Notes under the pieces: model-generated
What the model was told of the DNA's origin: nothing
Seen by the model: only the letters and a program-made list of their open reading frames with translations
Database searches by the model: none
Made by a program: the position numbers and the translations under genes
Origin: the human T2T-CHM13v2.0 reference genome, Homo sapiens
Reading direction: 5' to 3' (one strand)
Length of the DNA stretch: 64,000 nt
NCBI RefSeq assembly: GCF_009914755.1
Contig: NC_060947.1
Shown: one piece after another, positions 1-11,000 of the stretch
How the letters are laid out: each line of letters begins with the position of its first letter
How positions within the stretch are numbered: the first letter of the stretch is position 1

Positions 1-99
1 ACTGCTCCATCAGAAGGATTGTTCAACTCTGTGAGTTGAATGCAGTCATCGCAGAAAACTTTCTGAGAATGCTTCTGTCTAGGTTTGATGTGAAGATAT

Positions 100-116
100 A
101 GACGTTTCAAACGAAG
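100..116 (-). other. Degenerate CENP-B box (fixed throughout the array)
   Basis: AGACGTTTCAAACGAAG: the essential CGGG reads CGTC on the minus strand. Confidence 0.8.
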
Positions 117-266
117 GCTACAAAGTGGTCAAAATATACACTTGCAGATTCTACTACAAGGGTGTTGCAAACCTGAACTATCAAAGGAAGGTTCAACTCT
201 GTGAGTTGAATACAAACATCACAAAGAATGTTCTGAGTTTGCTTCCGTTCAGTTATGGGAAGTTGA

Positions 267-283
267 TCCCGTTTCCAACGAAA
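267..283 (-). promoter_or_regulatory. CENP-B box 1 (intact; repeats every HOR)
   Basis: The plus strand reads TCCCGTTTCCAACGAAA, the reverse complement of TTTCGTTGGAAACGGGA, which matches YTTCGTTGGAARCGGGA. Confidence 0.95.
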
Positions 284-777
284 TCCTCAGAGAGGTCCAA
301 ATATCCCCTTGCAGATTCTACAAAACGTGTGTTTGGAAACTGCTCCATCATAACGAATGTTCAGCTCCCTGAGTTAAACTCCATCGTCACAAAGAATTTT
401 CTGAAAGTGCTACCGTCTGGTTTTTATATGAAGTTCTTTCCTTCACTACCACAGGCCTCAAAGCGGTCCAAATCTCCACTTGCAGATTCTACAAAAAGAG
501 TGTTTGCAAACTGCTCTATCAAAAGGAATGTTCAACTCTGGGAGTTGAATGCAATCATCACAGAGCAGTTTCTGAGAATGCTTCTATGTCGTTTTTAGGA
601 GAAGATATTTCCTTTTCCAACACAGTCCTCCAAGCCCGCTAAAGATCCACTTGCACATTGTAGAAAAAGTGTGTCAAAGCTGCGCTATCAAAGGGAAAGT
701 TCAACTCTGTGAGGTGAATGCAAACATCCCAAAGAAGTTTCTGAGAATGCTTCCGTTTAGCTTTTAGGTGAAGATTA

Positions 778-794
778 TCCCGTTTCCAACGAAA
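778..794 (-). promoter_or_regulatory. CENP-B box 2 (intact; repeats every HOR)
   Basis: The plus strand reads TCCCGTTTCCAACGAAA, a full consensus match. Confidence 0.95.
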
Positions 795-956
795 CCTTCA
801 AAGAGGTCCAAATATCCCCTTGTGGATCCCACAGAAAGAGTGTTTCGAAACTGCTGTTTCAAAAGGAATCTTCAACTCTGTGAGTTGAATGCAATCATCA
901 CAAAGAAGTTTCTGACAATGCTTCTCTCTCGTCTTTCTGTGAAGATAAAGGAAAAG

Positions 957-990
957 GCTTTCAGGCCTTTTCCACCACAGGCCTGAAAGC
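957..990. repeat. Perfect 12-bp inverted repeat with a 10-nt spacer in the long (~186-bp) monomer; recurs in each HOR
   Basis: GCTTTCAGGCCT (957-968) - TTTCCACCAC - AGGCCTGAAAGC (979-990). Confidence 0.92.
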
Positions 991-1134
991 GCTCCAAATG
1001 TCCACTTGCAGATTCTGCCAAAAGAATATTTCAAAACTGCTCTATGAAAAGCAATGTTAAACTCTGTGGCTCGAACACAAACATCACAAAGCGGTTTCTG
1101 AGAATGCTTCAGTTTAGTTTTTCTGTGGAAATAT

Positions 1135-1151
1135 TCCCGTTTCCAAAGAAA
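1135..1151 (-). other. Degenerate CENP-B box (fixed throughout the array)
   Basis: TCCCGTTTCCAAAGAAA: the essential TTCG reads TTCT on the minus strand. Confidence 0.8.
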
Positions 1152-1305
1152 TCTTCAAAGAGGTCCACGTATCCACTTACAGATTCTACAAAAAGACAAT
1201 TTCAAAACTGCTCCATCAAAAGGAGGGTTCAACTGTGTGACTTGAATGCAATCATCACTCAGAAGTTTCTGAGAATGCTTCTCTTTAGTTTTTACGTGAA
1301 CATAT

Positions 1306-1322
1306 ACCCGTTTCGAACGAAG
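1306..1322 (-). promoter_or_regulatory. CENP-B box 3 (variant, 9 essential bases retained)
   Basis: The plus strand reads ACCCGTTTCGAACGAAG (minus: CTTCGTTCGAAACGGGT), which fits the core NTTCGNNNNANNCGGGN. Confidence 0.88.
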
Positions 1323-1472
1323 GCCAGCCAGTGGTCCAAATATCCACTTGCAGATTCTACAGAAAGAGTGTTTCGAACCTGAACTCTCAAAGGCAGGTTC
1401 ATCTCTGCGAGTTAAATGCATTCATCATGAAGAACTTTCTCAGAGTGTTTGTGTTTAGTTATGGGAAATTAT

Positions 1473-1489
1473 TCCCGTTTCCAACGAAA
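1473..1489 (-). promoter_or_regulatory. CENP-B box 4 (intact; repeats every HOR)
   Basis: The plus strand reads TCCCGTTTCCAACGAAA, a full consensus match. Confidence 0.95.
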
Positions 1490-1985
1490 TCCTCAGAGAG
1501 CTCCAAATATCCACCTGCAGATTCTACCAAAAGTGTATTTGGAAACTGCTCCATCAAAAGGCATGTTCAGCTCTGTGAGTGAAACTCCATCATCACAAAG
1601 AATATTCTGAGAATGCTTCCGTTTGCCTTTTATATGAAGTTCCTTCCTATACGACCGTAGGCCTCAAAGCAGTCCAAATCTCCATTTGCAGATTCTACAA
1701 AAAGAGTGATTCCAATCTGCTCTATCAATAGGATTGTTCAACTCCATGAGTTGAATGCCATCCTCACAAAGTAGTTTCTGAGAATGCTTCTATCTAGTTT
1801 TTATGTGAAGATATTTCGTTTTCCACCACAGGCCTCAAAGCCCTCCAAACGTCCACTTGCAGATTCTCGAAAAAGAGTGTTTCATAGCTGCTCTTTCAAA
1901 AGGAAAGTTCAACTCTGGGAGTTGAATACAAACATCACAAAGTAGTTTCCGAGAATGCTTCTGTTTAGTTTTTATGTGAAGATGA

Positions 1986-2002
1986 TCCCGTTTCCAGTGA
2001 AA
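1986..2002 (-). other. Degenerate CENP-B box (fixed throughout the array)
   Basis: TCCCGTTTCCAGTGAAA: the essential TTCG reads TTCA on the minus strand. Confidence 0.8.
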
Positions 2003-5000
2003 TCTTCAAAGAGGTCCACATATCCCCTTGCAGATTCCAAAGAAAGAGGGTTTCAAAACTGCTCCATCAGAAGGATTGTTCAACTCTGTGAGTTGAATGC
2101 AGTCATCGCAGAAAACTTTCTGAGAATGCTTCTGTCTAGGTTTGATGTGAAGATATAGACGTTTCAAACGAAGGCTACAAAGTGGTCAAAATATACACTT
2201 GCAGATTCTACTACAAGGGTGTTGCAAACCTGAACTATCAAAGGAAGGTTCAACTCTGTGAGTTGAATACAAACATCACAAAGAATGTTCTGAGTTTGCT
2301 TCCGTTCAGTTATGGGAAGTTGATCCCGTTTCCAACGAAATCCTCAGAGAGGTCCAAATATCCCCTTGCAGATTCTACAAAACGTGTGTTTGGAAACTGC
2401 TCCATCATAACGAATGTTCAGCTCCCTGAGTTAAACTCCATCGTCACAAAGAATTTTCTGAGAGTGCTACCGTCTGGTTTTTATATGAAGCTCTTTCCTT
2501 CACTACCACAGACCTCAAAGCGGTCCAAATCTCCACTTGCAGATTCTACAAAAAGAGTGTTTGCAAACTGCTCTATCAAAAGGAATGTTCAACTCTGGGA
2601 GTTGAATGCAATCATCACAGAGCAGTTTCTGAGAATGCTTCTATGTCGTTTTTAGGAGAAGATATTTCCTTTTCCAACACAGTCCTCCAAGCCCGCTAAA
2701 TATCCACTTGCACATTGTAGAAAAAGTGTGTCAAAGCTGCGCTATCAAAGGGAAAGTTCAACTCTGTGAGGTGAATGCAAACATCCCAAAGAAGTTTCTG
2801 AGAATGCTTCCGTTTAGCTTTTAGGTGAAGATTATCCCGTTTCCAACGAAACCTTCAAAGAGGTCCAAATATCCCCTTGCGGATCCCACAGAAAGAGTGT
2901 TTCGAAACTGCTGTTTCAAAAGGAATCTTCAACTCTGTGAGTTGAATGCAATCATCACAAAGAAGTTTCTGACAATGCTTCTCTCTCGTCTTTCTGTGAA
3001 GATAAAGGAAAAGGCTTTCAGGCCTTTTCCACCACAGGCCTGAAAGCGCTCCAAATGTCCACTTGCAGATTCTGCCAAAAGAATATTTCAAAACTGCTCT
3101 ATGAAAAGCAATGTTAAACTCTGTGGCTCGAACACAAACATCACAAAGCAGTTTCTGAGAATGCTTCAGTTTAGTTTTTCTGTGGAAATATTCCCGTTTC
3201 CAAAGAAATCTTCAAAGAGATCCACGTATCCACTTACAGATTCTACAAAAAGACAGTTTCAAAACTGCTCCATCAAAAGGAGGGTTCAACTGTGTGACTT
3301 GAATGCAATCATCACTCAGAAGTTTCTGAGAATGCTTCTCTTTAGTTTTTACGTGAACATATACCCGTTTCGAACGAAGGCCAGCCAGTGGTCCAAATAT
3401 CCACTTGCAGATTCTACAGAAAGAGTGTTTCGAACATGAACTCTCAAAGGCAGGTTCATCTCTGCGAGTTAAATGCATTCATCATGAAGAACTTTCTCAG
3501 AGTGTTTGTGTTTAGTTATGGGAAATTATTCCCGTTTCCAACGAAATCCTCAGAGAGCTCCAAATATCCACCTGCAGATTCTACCAAAAGTGTATTTGGA
3601 AACTGCTCCATCAAAAGGCATGTTCAGCTCTGTGAGTGAAACTCCATCATCACAAAGAATATTCTGAGAATGCTTCCGTTTGCCTTTTATATGAAGTTCC
3701 TTCCTATACGACCGTAGGCCTCAAAGCAGTCCAAATCTCCATTTGCAGATTCTACAAAAAGAGTGATTCCAATCTGCTCTATCAATAGGATTGTTCAACT
3801 CCATGAGTTGAATGCCATCCTCACAAAGTCGTTTCTGAGAATGCTTCTATCTAGTCTTTATGTGAAGATATTTCCTTTTCCACCACAGGCCTCAAAGCCC
3901 TCCAAACGTCCACTTGCAGATTCTCGAAAAAGAGTGTTTCATAGCTGCTCTTTCAAAAGGAAAGTTCAACTCTGGGAGTTGAATACAAACATCACAAAGT
4001 AGTTTCCGAGAATGCTTCTGTTTAGTTTTTATGTGAAGATGATCCCGTTTCCAGTGAAATCTTCAAAGAGGTCCACATATCCCATTGCAGATTCCAAAGA
4101 AAGAGGGTTTCAAAACTGCTCCATCAGAAGGATTGTTCAACTCTGTGAGTTGAATGCAGTCATCGCAGAAAACTTTCTGAGAATGCTTCTGTCTAGGTTT
4201 GATGTGAAGATATAGACGTTTCAAACGAAGGCTACAAAGTGGTCAAAATATACACTTGCAGATTCTATTACAAGGGTGTTGCAAACCTGAACTATCAAAG
4301 GAAGGTTCAACTCTGTGAGTTGAATACAAACATCACAAAGAATGTTCTGAGTTTGCTTCCGTTCAGTTATGGGATGTTGATCCCGTTTCCAACGAAATCC
4401 TCAGAGAGGTCCAAATATCCCCTTGCAGATTCTACAAAACGTGTGTTTGGAAACTGCTCCATCATAACGAATGTTCAGCTCCCTGAGTTAAACTCCATCG
4501 TCACAAAGAATTTTCTGAGAGTGCTACCGTCTGGTTTTTATATGAAGCTCTTTCCTTCACTACCACAGGCCTCAAAGCGGTCCAAATCTCCACTTCCAGA
4601 TTCTACAAAAAGAGTGTTTGCAAACTGCTCTATCAAAAGGAATGTTCAACTCTGGGAGTTGAATGCAATCATCACAGAGCAGTTTCTGAGAATGCTTCTA
4701 TGTCGTTTTTAGGAGAAGATATTTCCTTTTCCAACACAGTCCTCCAAGCCCGCTAAATAGCCACTTGCACATTGTAGAAAAAGTGTGTCAAAGCTGCGCT
4801 ATCAAAGGGAAAGTTCAACTCTGTGAGGTGAATGCAAACATCCCAAAGAAGTTTCTGAGAATGCTTCCGTTTAGCTTTTAGGTGAAGATTATCCCGTTTC
4901 CAACGAAACCTTCAAAGAGGTCCAAATATCCCCTTGCGGATCCCACAGAAAGAGTGTTTCGAAACTGCTGTTTCAAAAGGAATCTTCAAGTCTGTGAGTT

Positions 5001-8000
5001 GAATGCAATCATCACAAAGAAGTTTCTGACAATGCTTCTCTCTCGTCTTTCTGTGAAGATAAAGGAAAAGGCTTTCAGGCCTTTTCCACCACAGGCCTGA
5101 AAGCGCTCCAAATGTCCACTTGCAGATTCTGCGAAAAGAATATTTCAAAACTGCTCTATGAAAAGCAATGTTAAACTCTGTGGCTCGAACACAAACATCA
5201 CAAAGCAGTTTCTGAGAATGCTTCAGTTTAGTTTTTCTGTGGAAATATTCCCGTTTCCAAAGAAATCTTCAAAGAGGTCCACGTATCCACTTACAGATTC
5301 TACAAAAAGACAGTTTCAAAACTGCTCCATCAAAAGGAGGGTTCAACTGTGTGACTTGAATGCAATCATCACTCAGAAGTTTCTGAGAATGCTTCTCTTT
5401 AGTTTTTACGTGAACATATACCCGTTTCGAACGAAGGCCAGCCAGTGGTCCAAATATCCACTTGCAGATTCTACAGAAAGAGTGTTTCGAACCTGAACTC
5501 TCAAAGGCAGGTTCATCTCTGCGAGTTAAATGCATTCATCATGAAGAACTTTCTCAGAGTGTTTGTGTTTAGTTATGGGAAATTATTCCCGTTTCCAACG
5601 AAATCCTCAGAGAGCTCCAAATATCCACCTGCAGATTCTACCAAAAGTGTATTTGGAAACTGCTCCATCAAAAGGCATGTTCAGCTCTGTGAGTGAAACT
5701 CCATCATCACAAAGAATATTCTGAGAATGCTTCCGTTTGCCTTTTATATGAAGTTCCTTCCTATACGACCGTAGGCCTCAAAGCAGTCCAAATCTCCATT
5801 TGCAGATTCTACAAAAAGAGTGATTCCAATCTGCTCTATCAATAGGATTGTTCAACTCCATGAGTTGAATGCCATCCTCACAAAGTAGTTTCTGGGAATG
5901 CTTCTATCTAGTTTTCATGTGAAGATATTTCCTTTTCCACCACAGGCCTCAAAGCCCTCCAAACGTCCACTTGCAGATTCTCGAAAAAGAGTGTTTCATA
6001 GCTGCTCTTTCAAAAGGAAAGTTCAACTCTGGGAGTTGAATACAAACATCACAAAGTAGTTTCCGAGAATGCTTCTGTTTAGTTTTTATGTGAAGATGAT
6101 CCCGTTTCCAGTGAAATCTTCAAAGAGGTCCACATATCCCCTTGCAGATTCCAAAGAAAGAGGGTTTCAAAACTGCTCCATCAGAAGGATTGTTCAACTC
6201 TGTGAGTTGAATGCAGTCATCGCAGAAAACTTTCTGAGAAGGCTTCTGTCTAGGTTTGATGTGAAGATATAGACGTTTCAAACGAAGGCTACAAAGTGGT
6301 CAAAATATACACTTGCAGATTCTACTACAAGGGTGTTGCAAACCTGAACTATCAAAGGAAGGTTCAACTCTGTGAGTTGAATACAAACATCACAAGGAAT
6401 GTTCTGAGTTTGCTTCCGTTCAGTTATGGGAAGTTGATCCCGTTTCCAACGAAATCCTCAGAGAGGTCCAAATATCCCCTTGCAGATTCTACAAAACGTG
6501 TGTTTGGAGACTGCTCCATCATAACGAATGTTCAGCTCCCTGAGTTAAACTCCATCGTCACGAAGAATTTTCTGAGAGTGCTACCGTCTGGTTTTTATAT
6601 GAAGCTCTTTCCTTCACTACCACAGGCCTCAAAGCGGTCCAAATCTCCACTTCCAGATTCTACAAAAAGAGTGTTTGCAAACTGCTCTATCAAAAGGAAT
6701 GTTCAACTCTGGGAGTTGAATGCAATCATCACAGAGCAGTTTCTGAGAATGCTTCTATGTCGTTTTTAGGAGAAGATATTTCCTTTTCCAACACAGTCCT
6801 CCAAGCCCGCTAAATAGCCACTTGCACATTGTAGAAAAAGTGTGTCAAAGCTGCGCTATCAAAGGGAAAGTTCAACTCTGTGAGGTGAATGCAAACATCC
6901 CAAAGAAGTTTCTGAGAATGCTTCCGTTTAGCTTTTAGGTGAAGATTATCCCGTTTCCAACGAAACCTTCAAAAGGTCCAAATATCCCCTTGCGGATCCC
7001 ACAGAAAGAGTGTTTCGAAACTGCTGTTTCAAAAGGAATCTTCAAGTCTGTGAGTTGAATGCAATCATCACAAAGAAGTTTCTGACAATGCTTCTCTCTC
7101 GTCTTTCTGTGAAGATAAAGGAAAAGGCTTTCAGGCCTTTTCCACCACAGGCCTGAAAGCGCTCCAAATGTCCACTTGCAGATTCTGCGAAAAGAATATT
7201 TCAAAACTGCTCTATGAAAAGCAATGTTAAACTCTGTGGCTCGAACACAAACATCACAAAGCAGTTTCTGAGAATGCTTCAGTTTAGTTTTTCTGTGGAA
7301 ATATTCCCGTTTCCAAAGAAATCTTCAAAGAGGTCCACGTATCCACTTACAGATTCTACAAAAAGACAGTTTCAAAACTGCTCCATCAAAAGGAGGGTTC
7401 AACTGTGTGACTTGAATGCAATCATCACTCACAAGTTTCTGAGAATGCTTCTCTTTAGTTTTTACGTGAACATATACCCGTTTCGAACGAAGGCCAGCCA
7501 GTGGTCCAAATATCCACTTGCAGATTCTACAGAAAGAGTGTTTCGAACCTGAACTCTCAAAGGCAGGTTAATCTCTGCGAGTTAAATGCATTCATCATGA
7601 AGAACTTTCTCAGAGTGTTTGTGTTTAGTTATGGGAAATTATTCCCGTTTCCAACGAAATCCTCAGAGAGCTCCAAATATCCACCTGCAGATTCTACCAA
7701 AAGTGTATTTGGAAACTGCTCCATCAAAAGGCATGTTCAGCTCTGTGAGTGAAACTCCATCATCACAAAGAATATTCTGAGAATGCTTCCGTTTGCCTTT
7801 TATATGAAGTTCCTTCCTATACGACCGTAGGCCTCAAAGCAGTCCAAATCTCCATTTGCAGATTCTACAAAAAGAGTGATTCCAATCTGCTCTATCAATA
7901 GGATTGTTCAACTCCATGAGTTGAATGCCATCCTCACAAAGTAGTTTCTGAGAATGCTTCTATCTAGTTTTCATGTGAAGATATTTCCTTTTCCACCACA

Positions 8001-11000
8001 GGCCTCAAAGCCCTCCAAACGTCCACTTGCAGATTCTCGAAAAAGAGTGTTTCATAGCTGCTCTTTCAAAAGGAAAGTTCAACTCTGGGAGTTGAATACA
8101 AACATCACAAAGTAGTTTCCGAGAATGCTTCTGTTTAGTTTTTATGTGAAGATGATCCCGTTTCCAGTGAAATCTTCAAAGAGGTCCACATATCCCCTTG
8201 CAGATTCCAAAGAAAGAGGGTTTCAAAACTGCTCCATCAGAAGGATTGTTCAACTCTGTGAGTTGAATGCAGTCATCGCAGAAAACTTTCTGAGAAGGCT
8301 TCTGTCTAGGTTTGATGTGAAGATATAGACGTTTCAAACGAAGGCTACAAAGTGGTCAAAATATACACTTGCAGATTCTACTACAAGGGTGTTGCAAACC
8401 TGAACTATCAAAGGAAGGTTCAACTCTGTGAGTTGAATACAAACATCACAAGGAATGTTCTGAGTTTGCTTCCGTTCAGTTATGGGAAGTTGATCCCGTT
8501 TCCAACGAAATCCTCAGAGAGGTCCAAATATCCCCTTGCAGATTCTACAAAACGTGTGTTTGGAGACTGCTCCATCATAACGAATGTTCAGCTCCCTGAG
8601 TTAAACTCCATCGTCACGAAGAATTTTCTGAGAGTGCTACCGTCTGGTTTTTATATGAAGCTCTTTCCTTCACTACCACAGGCCTCAAAGCGGTCCAAAT
8701 CTCCACTTCCAGATTCTACAAAAAGAGTGTTTGCAAACTGCTCTATCAAAAGGAATGTTCAACTCTGGGAGTTGAATGCAATCATCACAGAGCAGTTTCT
8801 GAGAATGCTTCTATGTCGTTTTTAGGAGAAGATATTTCCTTTTCCAACACAGTCCTCCAAGCCCGCTAAATAGCCACTTGCACATTGTAGAAAAAGTGTG
8901 TCAAAGCTGCGCTATCAAAGGGAAAGTTCAACTCTGTGAGGTGAATGCAAACATCCCAAAGAAGTTTCTGAGAATGCTTCCGTTTAGCTTTTAGGTGAAG
9001 ATTATCCCGTTTCCAACGAAACCTTCAAAGAGGTCCAAATATCCCCTTGCGGATCCCACAGAAAGAGTGTTTCGAAACTGCTGTTTCAAAAGGAATCTTC
9101 AACTCTGTGAGTTGAATGCAATCATCACAAAGAAGTTTCTGACAATGCTTCTCTCTCGTCTTTCTGTGAAGATAAAGGAAAAGGCTTTCAGGCCTTTTCC
9201 ACCACAGGCCTGAAAGCGCTCCAAATGTCCACTTGCAGATTCTGCCAAAAGAATATTTCAAAACTGCTCTATGAAAAGCAATGTTAAACTCTGTGGCTCG
9301 AACACAAACATCACAAAGCGGTTTCTGAGAATGCTTCAGTTTAGTTTTTCTGTGGAAATATTCCCGTTTCCAAAGAAATCTTCAAAGAGGTCCACGTATC
9401 CACTTACAGATTCTACAAAAAGACAGTTTCAAAACTGCTCCATCAAAAGGAGGGTTCAACTGTGTGACTTGAATGCAATCATCACTCAGAAGTTTCTGAG
9501 AATGCTTCTCTTTAGTTTTTACGTGAACATATACCCGTTTCGAACGAAGGCCAGCCAGTGGTCCAAATATCCACTTGCAGATTCTACAGAAAGAGTGTTT
9601 CGAACCTGAACTCTCAAAGGCAGGTTCATCTCTGCGAGTTAAATGCATTCATCATGAAGAACTTTCTCAGAGTGTTTGTGTTTAGTTATGGGAAATTATT
9701 CCCGTTTCCAACGAAATCCTCAGAGAGCTCCAAATATCCACCTGCAGATTCTACCAAAAGTGTATTTGGAAACTGCTCCATCAAAAGGCATGCTCAGCTC
9801 TGTGAGTGAAACTCCATCATCACAAAGAATATTCTGAGAATGCTTCCGTTTGCCTTTTATATGAAGTTCCTTCCTATACGACCGTAGGCCTCAAAGCAGT
9901 CCAAATCTCCATTTGCAGATTCTACAAAAAGAGTGATTCCAATCTGCTCTATCAATAGGATTGTTCAACTCCATGAGTTGAATGCCATCCTCACAAAGTA
10001 GTTTCTGAGAATGCTTCTATCTAGTTTTCATGTGAAGATATTTCCTTTTCCACCACAGGCCTCAAAGCCCTCCAAACGTCCACTTGCAGATTCTCGAAAA
10101 AGAGTGTTTCATAGCTGCTCTTTCAAAAGGAAAGTTCAACTCTGGGAGTTGAATACAAACATCACAAAGTAGTTTCCGAGAATGCTTCTGTTTAGTTTTT
10201 ATGTGAAGATGATCCCGTTTCCAGTGAAATCTTCAAAGAGGTCCACATATCCCCTTGCAGATTCCAAAGAAAGAGGGTTTCAAAACTGCTCCATCAGAAG
10301 GATTGTTCAACTCTGTGAGTTGAATGCAGTCATCGCAGAAAACTTTCTGAGAAGGCTTCTGTCTAGGTTTGATGTGAAGATATAGACGTTTCAAACGAAG
10401 GCTACAAAGTGGTCAAAATATACACTTGCAGATTCTACTACAAGGGTGTTGCAAACCTGAACTATCAAAGGAAGGTTCAACTCTGTGAGTTGAATACAAA
10501 CATCACAAGGAATGTTCTGAGTTTGCTTCCGTTCAGTTATGGGAAGTTGATCCCGTTTCCAACGAAATCCTCAGAGAGGTCCAAATATCCCCTTGCAGAT
10601 TCTACAAAACGTGTGTTTGGAGACTGCTCCATCATAACGAATGTTCAGCTCCCTGAGTTAAACTCCATCGTCACGAAGAATTTTCTGAGAGTGCTACCGT
10701 CTGGTTTTTATATGAAGCTCTTTCCTTCACTACCACAGGCCTCAAAGCGGTCCAAATCTCCACTTCCAGATTCTACAAAAAGAGTGTTTGCAAACTGCTC
10801 TATCAAAAGGAATGTTCAACTCTGGGAGTTGAATGCAATCATCACAGAGCAGTTTCTGAGAATGCTTCTATGTCGTTTTTAGGAGAAGATATTTCCTTTT
10901 CCAACACAGTCCTCCAAGCCCGCTAAATAGCCACTTGCACATTGTAGAAAAAGTGTGTCAAAGCTGCGCTATCAAAGGGAAAGTTCAACTCTGTGAGGTG

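Larger units (their letters stand above)
125..2181 (-). repeat. Exemplar complete HOR unit (12 monomers: 7 B-type, 5 A-type)
   Basis: Box positions are 267 (B), ~438 (A), ~608 (A), 778 (B), ~963 (A, long monomer), 1135 (degenerate B), 1306 (B), 1473 (B), ~1644 (A), ~1815 (A), 1986 (degenerate B) and 2157 (degenerate B). Two spacings are 167 bp (1306->1473 and 100->267) and one is ~186 bp. Confidence 0.93.

Noticed and set aside
957-990. Hairpin as a rho-independent terminator or transposon end
   Set aside because: The context is eukaryotic satellite, with no gene, no proper U-tract and no element. It is kept only as a DNA dyad.
502-1608. 10-bp palindromes GTTTGCAAAC (502-511), GTTTCGAAAC (842-851) and AGAATATTCT (1599-1608)
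   Set aside because: These are one- or two-base variants of quasi-palindromic alphoid consensus positions. They are too short to be stable and are a known general property of alpha satellite.
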